64,000 bases of DNA, taken from positions 250,730,001 to 250,794,000 of the forward strand of contig NC_086097.1 of the NCBI RefSeq assembly GCF_963921235.1. The letters are read 5' to 3'. A program made the translations under genes and the position numbers. The notes below the pieces were generated by a model. It ran no database searches. It saw only the letters and a program-made list of their open reading frames with translations, and had not been told where the DNA came from. Origin of the DNA: Mobula hypostoma. Lineage: Eukaryota. Shown here piece after piece: positions 39,145 to 51,494 of the stretch (position 1 is the stretch's first letter; every line of letters starts with the position of its first letter).

Positions 39145-41195
39145 AACATATTGATGCAGTTACACAGAAGTGAATAAGAGTGACGATATTTCTTTAGGAG
39201 CTTAAGGAGTCTAGGTATGTCACCAAAGACTCTAGCAACTTTCTACAGATGTATGGTAGAGAGCACCCAAACTGATTATATCACAGTTTCTTCCCCTCAC
39301 CATCAGATTTCAGAATGGTCTATAAAACCATGAACACCACTTCATTATTACTCATTCATACTATTTATTTCAGTTTGTAATTTACAGTCATTTTTATGTC
39401 TTTGCATTGTACTGCCTCTGCAAAACAACACATTTCACAAAAGATGTCCATGATAATACATCAGATTCTGATTCTGCCCGGCTTCTAACTGGCAACTATA
39501 TTGTCAAAGTGGCACTTCATTGCTGTTGTAAGCAAGATTAAAGATTAAAGATTGCCTTTATTTGCCACACGTGCATCGAAACCGCAAAACGTACAGTGGA
39601 ATGCATTGTTTGTGTCAATGATCAGCCCAGTCCAAGGACGTTGAAGTGTCGTTATGCTTCTGGCACCAACATAGCACACTCGCAACTCGCTAACTCTAAC
39701 CCTTACATCATTGGACTGTGGGAGGAAACGACAATACCCAGGAAACCCACGTGGTCGTGGAGAGAACATACAAACTTCTTAGAGGCAGGGGCGGGAATTG
39801 AGCCCAGATCGCTGGCATTATAAAGCGTTCTGTTAACCAGAACGCCACCATGGTGTGCTGTTGAGAAAGGTGGCAATCTCTCCCCTGTCATTTGTAACCA
39901 CTCCTGTGCTGCACAGAATACCAGATCAAGGTTCTTTGGAGTGATCGATGAGCTTGATCTTTGGAACTTTATTATTGTTCCGTTGAAGCCTCCTTTGATT
40001 TATGCGATTAGGGTTGTAGTATCTCTCACAGAGATTACTAAATTTTTTTCGGCAATCCAATGTTGGAAAGAGTATGGCAGGTGTGCCAAGTTTCAACCAG
40101 TGAGGCAGAGAATGAAGGCTTTGCCTCTGTTATCTAGGGGAGGGGTGAGTGCTGGCATCAGATGCTGGTTGAGAACTGCTGACTTCAGTGCTTTGCTGAT
40201 GGTGCACATGGATATGCTCAGTACTACATTATAAAATTATAAGACTTAAGAAAAGAATTAGGCTATTCGGCCCATCCATTCTGCTCCACCATTCCATCAT
40301 GGCTGATTTATTATCCCTCTCAGCCCCATTCTTCTGCTTTCTCCCTGTAACCTTTGACATCCTGACTAATCAAGAACCTATCAACCTCTACCTCCACAGA
40401 TTCACCACTCTATAGCTAAAGAAATTCCTCCTCATCTCTGTTCTAAGTGGATATCTCTCTGTTTACTGGCTGTGCCCTCTGGTGCTAGACACACCACCCC
40501 CCCCCAACTATAGGAAACATCCTCTCCACATCCACTTTATCCAGGCCTTTCAATATTTGATACGTTTCAATGAAATTCCCCCCACCCTCCCCTCCCCAAC
40601 GTTCTTCTAAACTCCAGTGAATTTAGGTCCAGAGCCTTGAAACACTTCTCATACATTCTCATTCCACCTCCAGGATTGTGAATGTCCTTTGAACCCTCTC
40701 CAATGTCAGCCCAGAACTGTACATAGTTCTCTAGTGCAGTCTGACCTGTGCCAGTAAATTTCCCTGCCTTTAAGGTATAATTGCCTCTGTATTTTTCCAG
40801 AGACTTTTCACTTTTCAGTAGCAGGAGTCATGCCATTTGAATCAGACTATTTTATGGGTTTGTTGTTATCACTGGACTTGTGTTCTTTCTACTCTGAGTG
40901 TGAGAAGACCACAACTGCTTTCTCTTTGTTCTCTCCACTCCTCTTTCATGTTTGTTTCCCACTCTTGTGACAGTAAACAATCATAAGCAATAAATGTTAT
41001 GCCTCATTCTTAACTTCAGAAGATCCTTGGAATCACAGAAATATCAAGATCTAACAATAAAGTGAGAAAATTATCTATCCATGCCCTTAGGCAGTTCTGA
41101 GATTCCCTTTGTTGCACTAACTTCCCATCGAGACAGTGTCAGTGTCACAAGACTAAGGATCTGATTATAGCCTTCAGGAAGGGGTAGACAAGTGA

Positions 41196-41198
<3 letters not shown>

Positions 41199-41240
<42 letters not shown>

Positions 41241-41243
41241 ACA

Positions 41244-41307
<64 letters not shown>

Positions 41308-41379
41308 ACATACACACACTACACCACACACCACACACACACACACACCACACACACACCACACACACACACACTACAC

Positions 41380-41410
<31 letters not shown>

Positions 41411-41497
41411 CACTCGCGCCACACCACACACCACACACACACACACACACACACCACACACCACGCACACACACACACACCACACACACACCACACA

Positions 41498-41541
<44 letters not shown>

Positions 41542-41554
41542 CACACACACACAC

Positions 41555-41596
<42 letters not shown>

Positions 41597-41611
41597 CACA
41601 CACACACACAC

Positions 41612-41642
<31 letters not shown>

Positions 41643-41670
41643 CCACACACGCACACACACACACACACAC

Positions 41671-41701
<31 letters not shown>

Positions 41702-41899
41702 CACACCACACACCACACACGCACCCCACACACACACACCACACACACACACACACACCACACACGCACACACACACACACACCACACACCACACACCAC
41801 ACACACACACACCACACACCACACAAACGCACACACCACACACGCACACACACAAACACACACAAACACACACAAACACACACACACACACCACACACA

Positions 41900-41947
<48 letters not shown>
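41199..41947. repeat. ~750-bp interrupted (CA)n microsatellite
   Basis: Direct inspection; frequent CACCA interruptions. Confidence 0.98.
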
Positions 41948-41950
<3 letters not shown>

Positions 41951-42629
41951 GAGATCAACAAGGAAAGGGCAAGGAGGTTCGAATTCCTGGGTGTCAATAT
42001 CTTGGAGATTCTGTCACAGGCCCAACACGTTGATGGAATCACACAGAATAGATAGATAGATAGATATACTTTATCAATCCCGAGGGAAATTGGGTTTTGT
42101 TACAGCCACACCAACCAAGAATAGAGCGTAAATATAGCAATACAAAAACCACAATCAAACAACAAAATGCAAACTATGCCAGATGGATCAAACAACAAGC
42201 ACACCTATAGCTCTCCATCATCAGGAGTTTGAGGAGATTTGGTATGTTGCTATGGAAATTTCTAGAGATGTACCATGGAGAGCATTCTGACCTGTTACAT
42301 CACAGCTTGTTCCCCTCAGCAATCAGGTTTCTGAACGATCCATGAACACTATCTCTTTAATCCTCTTGTGCATTTTTTAAAACTTTTTTAACGTATCTTT
42401 TTTAACTTATAGTAATTTTTATGTATTGCTGCTGCAGAACAACATATTGCACAACATTCATCAAGTCACTGGTATAGTTAAAGCAGAGATTTGAGTAGTC
42501 AGGGTGTCAAATGTTACAGGGAGAAAGCAGGAGAAAGGGGTTCAGCTCTAATGGATTGACAGAGCAGACTCTGTTGGTTGAAGGGCCTAATTCTGCTCCT
42601 GTGTTTTATGGTCTTAAGGTGTTACACCA

Positions 42630-44465
42630 AAACATAAGATGAAATGCACTGGAATACGAAAGTAAGATAGGCAATAATATTAAAGGAAATACCAAAAGTT
42701 TCTTTAATACATAAAGTGCAAAGGAGAGGCGAGAATGGATACTGGACCAGTGGAAAACGATGCTGGAGAGAACAAGGAAATTGCGGATGATCTGAATAAG
42801 CATTTTAAAGATGGAAGACACTAGTAGTACGGTGGAAATTGCAACTGTCAGGGGTCACGAGGTGTGTGAAGTTCCCATTACTAGAGAGAAGGTTCTTGGG
42901 AAACCGAAAGGTCTGAAGGGAGATAAGTCACTTGGACCAAATGCTGTACACCCCAGAGATCTGAAAGAGGTGACTGAAAAGATCACGGAGGCATTAGTAA
43001 TGACCTTTCAAGAACCACTTGATTCTGGAACTGTTCTGGAAGACTAGAAACTGCAAATGGCACGCCACTCTTCAAGAAGGAAGAGAGGTAGAAGAAAGGA
43101 AACTAGTCTGACCTCAGTGGTTGGAAAGATGTTGGAGTTGATTACTAAGGATAAACTCTAAGGGTACTTGGAGGCACATGATAAAATAGGCCATAGTCAG
43201 CATAGTTTCCTCAAGGGAAAAATTTGCCTGACAAACCTGTTGGAATTCTTTGAAGAACAAACAAGCAGAATAGACAAAGGAGAATCAGTTGATGTCATCT
43301 ACTTGGATTTTCAGAAGGTCTTTGACAAGGTGCCACACATGAAGCTGTTTAACAAGCTACGAGCCCATGGTATTACAGGAAAGATTCTAGCATGGATAAA
43401 GCAGTGGCTGATTGGCAGCAGGCAAAGAGTGGGAATAAAGGGAACCTTTTCTGGCTGGCTGACAGTGACTAGTGGTGTTCCACAGGGGTCTGTGTTGGGA
43501 CCAATTCTTTTTACGTTATATGTCAATGATTTGGATGATAGAATTGATGGCTTTGTTGCAAAGTTTGCAGATGATATGAAGGTAGGTGGAAGGACAGGCA
43601 GCTTTGAGGAAGTAAAGAGGTTACAGAAGGACAGACAGATAAGGAGAATGGGCAAAGAAATGGCAGATGGAATGCAGTGCTGGGAAGTGTATGATCATGC
43701 ACTTTGGTAGAAGGAATGAAAGGGTTGACTATTTTCTAAATGGAGAGAAACTACAAATAACTGAGGTGCAAAAGGACTTGGGAGACCTTGTGCAGGATTT
43801 CCCAAAGGTTAATTTACAGATTGAGTCTGTGCAACATTAGCAATCGCTTCTAGAGGACTGGAATATAAACGCAAGGATGTAATGTTGAAACTTTATACAG
43901 CACTGGTGAGGCCTCACTTGGAGTATTGTAGCAGTTCTGGGCCTCTTATCTTAGAAAGGATGTGCTGAAACTGGAGGGGGTTCAAAGGAGGTTCATGAAA
44001 ATGATTGAATGGCTTGTCATATGAAGAACATTTGATGTCTCTGGGCCTGTATTGTCTAGAATTCAGAAGAATGAGGGGTGACCTCATTGAAACAAATTGC
44101 ACGGTGAAAGGCCTTGATAGAGTGGATGTGGAGAGGATGTTTCCTCTGGTGGGAGAGTCTAAGACTAGAAGACACAGCATCAGAATAGGGGAGCATCCTT
44201 TTAGAACAAAGATGAGGAGGAATTTCTTTAGTCACAGAGTGATGAATCTGTGGAATTCTTTGCCATAAGCAGCTTGTGGAGGCCAGGTCATTATGTATAT
44301 TTAAGGAAAAGCTTAATAGATTCTTTATTGGTCAAGGAATAAAGGGGTGGGGAAAGAAGGCAAGAAATTGGGGCTGAGAAAGGAATTGGATCACCCATGA
44401 TGAAATGGCAGAGCAAATACGATGAACCAAATGTCCTAATTCTGCTCCTCTATCTTATGGTCTCC
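42630..44465 (+). mobile_element. CR1 ORF2 RT to 3' end, decayed
   Basis: CLTNLLEFFE..YLDFQKVFDKVPH..SGVPQGSVLGP..KFADD..RNFFSHRVMNLWNSLP. Confidence 0.92.
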
Positions 44466-45130
44466 TGGTTTGCGTTAATAATCATAAAACCTACTGACGT
44501 GCTGAGGGCAGCCCGCAAGTTAGCAACTTTAAATTCTTCAGTGTTATTATTTCAGAAGTCTTGTCCTGGCCCCAGCTTGTAAATGCATCTTTGAAGAAAA
44601 CACAGCAGTACCTTTACTTCCTTAGGAGTATGACAAACTTCTGTGGCTGTGTAGTGGGCAGTGTATTGACTGGCTGCATCACATCCTGGTCTGGGAACAC
44701 CAATGCCTTTGAATGGAAAATCCTATAAGAGGTAGTGGATTCAACCCGATACATCACAGGAAAAACCCTCCCAACTATTGAGTTCATCTACATGAAACAC
44801 TGTTGTAAGAAAGTAGCATCTGTCATCAGAGATTCCCGCTACCGCGGCCATGGTCTCTTCTCGCTGCTGCCATCAGGTGTAAGGTACAGGAGCCTCAGGA
44901 CTCACACCACCAGGTTCAGGAAGAGTTACTACCCCTCAACCATCAGGCTCATGAACAAAAGTGGATAACTACACTCACTTGACCAACCATTGAAAATATT
45001 TCCACATCAATGATCTCACATTAAGAAATCTTTATCTTGTTATTTCATGTTCTCGTTATTTATTGCTATATATTTATATTTGCATTTGCACAGTTTGTTG
45101 TCTTCTGCACTCTGGTTGATCTTTCATTGA

Positions 45131-46123
45131 TAGAACATAGAACATAGAATAGTACAGCACAGTACAGGCCCTTCGGCCCACAATGTTGTGCCGACCCTCA
45201 AACCCTGCCTCCCATGTAACCCCCCCCACACCTTAAATTCCTTAATATATCTGTCTAGTAGTCTCTTAACTTTCACTAGTGTATCTGCCTCCACCATTGA
45301 CTCAGGCAGTGCATTCCACGCACCAACCACTCTCTGAATAAAAAACCTTCCTCTAATATCCCCCTTGAACTTCCCACCCCTTACCTTAAAGCCATGTCCT
45401 CTTGTATTGAGCAGTGGTGCCCTGGGGAAGAGGCGCTGGCTGTCCACTCTATCTATTCCCCTTAATATCTTGTATACCACTATCATGTCTCCTCTCATCC
45501 TCCTTCTCTCCAGAGAGTAAAGCCCTAGCTCCCTTAATCTCTGATCAATATGCATACTCTCTAAACCAGGCAGCATCTTGGTAAATCTCCTCTGTACCCT
45601 TTCCAATGCTTCCACATCCTTCCTATAGTGAGGCGACCAGAACTGGACACAGTACTCCAAGTGTGGCCTAACCAGAGTTTTATATAGCTGCATCATTACA
45701 TCACGACTCTTAAACTCTATCCCTCGACTTATGAAAGCTAACACCCCATAAGCTTTCTTAACTACCCTATCTACCTGTGAGGCAACTTTCAGGGATCTGT
45801 GGACATGTACCCCCAGATCCCTCTGCTCCTCCACACTACCAAGTATCCTGCCATTTACTTTGTACTCTGCCTTGGAGTTTGTCCTTCCAAAGTGTACCAC
45901 CTCACACTTCTCCGGGTTGAACTCCATCTGCCACTTCTCAGCCCACTTCTGCATCCTATCAATGTCTCTCTGTAATCTTCGACAATCCTCTACACTATCC
46001 ACAACACCACCAATCTTTGTGTCATCTGCAAACTTGCCAACTCACCCTTCTACCCCCACATCCAGGTCGTTAATAAAAATCATGAAAAGTAGAGGTCCCA
46101 GAACCGATCCTTCTGGGACACCA
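45131..46123 (-). mobile_element. Young 5'-truncated CR1 inserted in a Rex-type 3' UTR (~44620-46246)
   Basis: Long uninterrupted ORF (45124-46002), extending to GVPEGSVLGP..KFADDTK with one upstream TGA; (TTCTATG)n tail. Confidence 0.93.
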
Positions 46124-46249
46124 TTATAGTTACTGTTATAGCTACTGTTCTATGGATTTGCTGAGTATGCCCACAGGAAAATGAATTTTATGGTTGTATA
46201 TGGTAACATATATGTACTCTGAGAATAAAACTTACTTTTGAACTTTGCA

Positions 46250-46559
46250 GCATTGCCACACATTCCAGTGCCAACATAGTATATCCACAATGCTCCGCAG
46301 AATGACACAAACAACAGCAACAGCAAAACAAGCCCCTTTCCTCCCTCCTCCACTCACTCACCCGCTCACACACACAGACTGACAGACCCTCCAACCAAGT
46401 CAGGCTGTCATTGGGCTTCCAGTCCTCGGCCTCAGAATCTCAAACTCACAGGACCAGTGCTCTGACCAGCGGACAAGACGAGCCAGGGCCTTCAGGCCTT
46501 TGACCTCCGGGACTGCCAACTTCAACCTTTGACCTTCAGGCCTCTACCTTGGACTTCAG
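46250..46559. mobile_element. Dispersed non-coding repeat running up to the cadherin splice acceptor
   Basis: 46250-46410 matches 63100-63260; it continues into a low-complexity ccttcaggcct/tttgacct tract. Confidence 0.55.
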
Positions 46560-46774
46560 AGGTCGGAAACGTCTTTACAGCTCAGCGGCTAAACTACGAG
46601 GACGAGCAGCGGTATGAACTGCGGCTGGTGGCATCGGATGGAAAATGGGAGAACCAAACACTGGTGACGGTCAATGTCGTCAACAAGAATGATGAGGCCC
46701 CCGTCTTCACACAGAACGAATACCATGGCAACATCAGGGAAGAGCTTGTAAAACAGCCGGTATTCGTCCTACAG
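46560..46774 (+). CDS. Internal 215-nt exon of a cadherin gene, most like type-III / neural-cadherin-like (DN-/cHz-cadherin type): end of one EC repeat and start of the next
   Basis: Translation (E)VGNVFTAQRLNYEDEQRYELRLVASDGKWENQTLVTVNVVNKNDEAPVFTQNEYHGNIREELVKQPVFVLQ has cadherin motifs L(N)YE, AxDG and NKNDEAPVF (DxNDxxPxF). Acceptor ttcag| at 46555-46559 (phase 1); donor CAG|gtatgt at 46775 (phase 0). Subfamily call is from recall, not a search. Confidence 0.9.
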
Positions 46775-46971
46775 GTATGTGGCTCTCTTTATTTAGAGAT
46801 ACAGCATGGTAACAAACACCTCTGGCCCAACGAGCCTGCAACACCCAATGTCATCGATTAACCTACTCAGCTGTACATCTTTAGAATGTGGCAGGAAACT
46901 GGAACACCCAGAGACAACTCACACAATCACCGGCAGAACGTACAAACTCCTTACAGAGGGCGACAGAATTG

Positions 46972-47327
46972 AACCGGGTCACTGGCACTGTGCTAGTTAC
47001 ACTGACTGCTAACCAGGTCACTGGCGGTGTGATTGTTACACTGACTGCTAACCGTGTCACAGGCGGTGTGATAGTTACACTGACTGCTAACCCAGGTCAC
47101 TGGCACAGTGATAGTTACACTGACTGCTAACCGGATTACTGGTAGTGTATTAATTACACTGACTGCTAACCAGATCACTGGTGGTGTGATAGTTACTCTG
47201 ACTGCTAACCGGGTCACAGGCGGTGTGTTAGTTACACTGACTGCTAACCCGGATCACAGGCGCTGTGATATTTACGCTAACTGCTAACCCTGGTCACTGG
47301 TGCTGTGATAGCTTTACACTAATTGCT
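46972..47327. repeat. 39-42-bp minisatellite, 9 copies
   Basis: Unit aaccgggtcactggcggtgtgatagttacactgactgct, continuous with the head of the SINE at 46787-46990. Confidence 0.92.
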
Positions 47328-48429
47328 ACTCTCACAAAACGTTTAATGAAAATATGTTCCAATTTCCAAAAAATCTTTCCCTATTCGTTACACTATTACA
47401 CTCTACAATTAACAAATAACCATTTGAATTTTCATTAAATTAGACAAATGTGACAGCTTTTGATCACAAGATCAGGCGACATGTCATTTACAAGAATGTT
47501 GGAGTCATCTACACCCTCTGGCTAAAGAAATACCTCCTCATTTCTGTTTAAAAGGGAATCCTCTCTATTCTGAGGCTGTGCCCTCTGGTCCTAAACCCTC
47601 CAACTATCGGAAACATCCTCTCTACATCCACTCCATCTGGGCCTTTCAACGTTCAACAGGTTTCAATGAGATTCCCCTCGTTCTTCTAAACTTTCAGTGA
47701 GCACACTGGTTGAATGCCCAAGTTGGAATCATGGATTTTATTATGGATTTATTGTGTAAGCCTGCAAAAAAATGAATCTCAGGGTGGAATATGGTGTACT
47801 TTGATAATTAATTTACTTTGAACTTTGAACGTGAAATTTAAAGCAGAGGTTGATAGATTCTGGGTTAGTAAGGGTCTCAAAGCTTGGAGGGAGAAGGCAG
47901 GAGAATGTGGTTGAGAGGGATAATGAGTCAGCCGTGTGTGGGTGGAACAGATTCAATGAGTTAAATGGCCCCAGTCCGCTGCTAGGTCTTATGGTTTTAT
48001 GGTCTCATCACAGCGGATGCGCAGAAGGTACGTCACAGGATAAAACACAGATGTTGGTTTTAGGCCAAAGAACTGTTCAAACTTCCCCTGCTCTCACCTC
48101 TGTCCTTTCATTACGCTCCGCATGCTTGGGATAGTTCACCATCACAAACAATAATTAGAGGTCAGAGGTGAAACTAATCTGCTGTGGAAAAGCAACATGA
48201 GCATGTCAATGCAGAACACACACACTGTGTCAATAAGGAAGTTATCATCATTTTCAGCCCTGGTTACAGCACACAATACCTATCATTAATGTCAAGAATC
48301 AAAATTCAAGATTGCTTGTTGTCATTCCTCACTACACGAGTGTAAAGGAGAACAAAATGCTTGTTATTCTGGATCCGATACAGCAAGTTTTTCAGCACAC
48401 AATTAAATCAGGAGAGAGAGAGGAGGCAA

Positions 48430-50870
48430 TTTATTTTCCAGCAGCCCAATTGAATCGTGATTCGTTAGCAAGGGCAAATAAGAAGAAGGCAGGAGAAAGA
48501 AGAGTGGTTGTTGCTGGAGTGGTTATTGTGTGAGTGGATCAGTGTTAGAGTGGGAAGGCTTTGGCTCATTAGGCTTCGGCGGGAATAGGCTTGAGCAAGG
48601 AAAGTATCTAGTAAGTCTCTTTTTCATTCTTCATCAGTTAGTGCAGAGTTAGAGCAGTGAGAAGGCTCCAGGGGCTGTGTTCTATTCTTTGTGTGAATTG
48701 CGGGAAATCTAGGAGATCTCCAGTCTCCCGAATAGCCGCACCAGCACCAGATGCACCGAGCTGCAGCTGTTTGGAGAATGTGTAAGGGACTGGGGCTGCA
48801 GATTGATGACCTTCAACTCATACGGGAAAATGAGGAGGTGATAGATTGGAGCTGTAGTGAAGTAGTCACCCCTTAGAGACAGAAGGCAGGTACCTGGAGC
48901 GACTGTCAGGAGAGGGAAAAGAAACAGACAGACAGTGCAGAGAACCGCTGTGACCATTCCCTTCAATAGTAAGTATACTCTTTTGGATACTGGTTGTGGG
49001 GATGACCTAGCAGAGGGAAGCTGCAGTGACCAGGTCTCTGGCACTGATTCTGAAGGCTTGGCTGAGAAAGGAATGTGGAGGAGAGGACTGTGGTAGTGAT
49101 AGGGGGTTCCATAGTTCGAAGAGCAGACATGATATTCTGTGGATGCAATAGACACCTGATGGTATATTGCCTCTTAGGTGCTGGGCTCAGGGTTGTCTCG
49201 GGTCAGGTCCACAACACTCTAAAGGGGGAGGGTGAGCAGTCAGAAGTCTTGGTGCATATTGGCACACGTGACACAGGTAGGAAAAGGGAGCAAGTCCTGA
49301 AGAGAGAATTTAGCCAGCTAAGTAGAAAGCTGCAAACAGGACCTCATTGATAGTACAATCCCTGAATGGCTGCCTGTGCCACGCACCAATGAGGGTAGGA
49401 GTAGGATGACCTGGCAGATGAATGCGTGTCTGAGGAACTGCTGCGCGAGGCAGGAGTTTAGATTTATGCATCACTGGGGTCTCTCCTGGAGAAGGTACAA
49501 CTTGAACCCGAGAGGAACCAATATCCATGCAGGCAGGTTTGCTACAACTATTTTGGAGGGTTTAAACTAACTTGGCAGGGGGATGAGAACTGGAGTGATA
49601 GGGCTGAGGATGGCGCAGTTGGTATACAATCAGTGGCAGTATATACTGAAACTGCTAACAAGGAGAGGCTGATGACAAGGCAAAATTGCAGTCAGTGAGA
49701 TGAGCTACAATGTCAAAGGGGAACAAAATCAAAATGACGAATACAGGACTGAAGATGGCAGAGGGGTTGGGGTGGATCTGTTAGTTAAAAAATGAAATCA
49801 AGTCCTTAGAAAAAGGTGACTTAGGATCAGAAGGTGAAGAATCATTGTGGATAGAGTTAAGAAACTGCAAGGGATTAAAAAATCCTTAATGGGAGCTATA
49901 CACAGGCCTCTGAACAGTAACCACGATGTGGGCTACAAATTACAGCATGTCAAAAGTACAATAATACGATAGTCATGGGGAATTGAGAAAATCAGTTTGG
50001 TTCTGATTTTGGATTTCGACAGAGAGAATTTGTAGAAGCCTATAAGATGTTTCCTCGAGCAGCTTGTGGTTCAGGCTGCTAGAGTATCAGCTAGTCTGGA
50101 TTGGGTGTTGTGTAATGAACCAGATTTGATCAGGGAGCTTAAGGTAAATGAATCCTTAGGAAGCAGTGATCATAATATGATAGAATTCACACTACAATTT
50201 GAGAAGAAGAAGCTAGAGTCAGATATATCAGTATTACTGTGGATAAAGGAAATTGCATAGGCATGGGAGAAGAGCTGGCCGAAGTTGATTGAAAGGGAAC
50301 ACTAGCAGGGATGATGGCAGAGCAGCAGTGGCTGGAGCTTTGGGAGCAATTCGGAAGGGACAGGATAGATACATTTGAAAGAAGAAGAATTATTCTAAAG
50401 GCAGGATGATGCAACTATGGCTGACAGGGTAAGTCAAAGCCAACATAAAAGCAAAAGACAGGACATATAACAAACAAAAATTAGTGGGAGGTTAGAGGAT
50501 TGGAAAGCTTGTAAAAACCAACAGAAGGCAACTAAAAAAAGCACAATGAGGGAAAAGATGAAAGTTCTAGGTTTCAGGGGCATGAAGTGTGAGAAGATTC
50601 TTGGGAAACTGAAAGGTCTGAGGGTAGATAAGTCACTTGGAGTAGATGGTGTACACCCCAGGGTTCTGAAAGAAAAGGCTGAAGATCTTTCAAGGATTAA
50701 TTGATTCTGGCATAGTTCCAGAGGACTGGATAATTGCAAATACCATTCCTCTCTTCAAAAAGGGAGAGAATAAGAAGAAAGGAAATTATTGGCCAGTTAG
50801 CCTGACCTCAGTGAATGGGAAAATTTGGAGTCAATTTTTAAAGATAAGATTTTGGGGTGCTTGGAGGCAC
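48430..50870 (+). mobile_element. CR1 5' half (5' UTR, ORF1 esterase-like, EN, RT start), decayed with deletions
   Basis: VVVIGGSIVR..VLVHIGT (ORF1); LDWVLCNEPDLI..GSSDHNMIEF (EN). Confidence 0.85.
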
Positions 50871-51050
50871 ATTTTTAAATAGGCTTCCAAGCATAGTAAT
50901 AACGATCAGAATGGGGAACAGAAAAATGGAAAGAGGATAAATTAAAACTGCTTCAATGCATTCTGACTGAATAAGAATGAGGACCCTGATTTGTACTTTA
51001 CAGAGAAACGTAGTTGTATGTGACAATCAAAGTTGCTTTTTCTGACTCAC

Positions 51051-51088
51051 ACGTAATATGCTGAACATGGATTTCCCAACAGCAGTTT
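51051..51088 (-). CDS. Weak candidate exon (38 nt)
   Basis: tttttatttcccag|AAACTGCTG...TTACGT|gtgagt. All frames are open; the phase 1-0 frame xTAVGKSMFSILR would join 26965-27034 in frame. Confidence 0.3.
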
Positions 51089-51494
51089 CTGGGAAATAAA
51101 AATTACTCAACGTATGCATTTATAGAATCATAGTGCACTATGGTACAGAAACAGGACCTTCAGCCCATTTGAACTATTATTCTGCCAGTCCCATTGACCT
51201 ACATCTGGAACGTAGTCCTCCATACCCCTCCCAACCATGTACCCATCCAAACTCCTCTTGTAGTCGAACCGGCAGCTCATTTCACACTCACTCCACCCTC
51301 TCAGTTAAGAAGTTTCTCCTCGTGTTTTCCTTAAATATTTCACCTTTCACCCTTAACTCATGACCTCTAGTTCTAGTCTCACCCAATTACAGTGGAAAAA
51401 GCCTGTTTACATTTACCCTATCCATACTCCTCAAAATTTTGTATAACATCTTACACAACTTCAACATAACATTCCTGCTCCTGTGCTCAATAAG

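Noticed and set aside
39915..40234. FFGVIDELDLWN resembling a LamG/pentraxin strand
   Set aside because: The rest of the ORF has no domain pattern, and LamG exons would lie downstream of the EC exon, not upstream.
41071..42055. Long ORFs of 99-287 aa (poly-CV / poly-HT)
   Set aside because: These are translations of the (CA)n microsatellite, not genes.
46972..47327. CRISPR-like array or coding repeat ORFs 46888-47130 and 46993-47217
   Set aside because: Contiguous tandem units with no unique spacers, derived from a SINE; the ORFs follow from the 39-bp period.
48098..48181. Minus-strand exon-like segment (ttttccacag ... GAG|gtgaga)
   Set aside because: Stop codons in all three frames.
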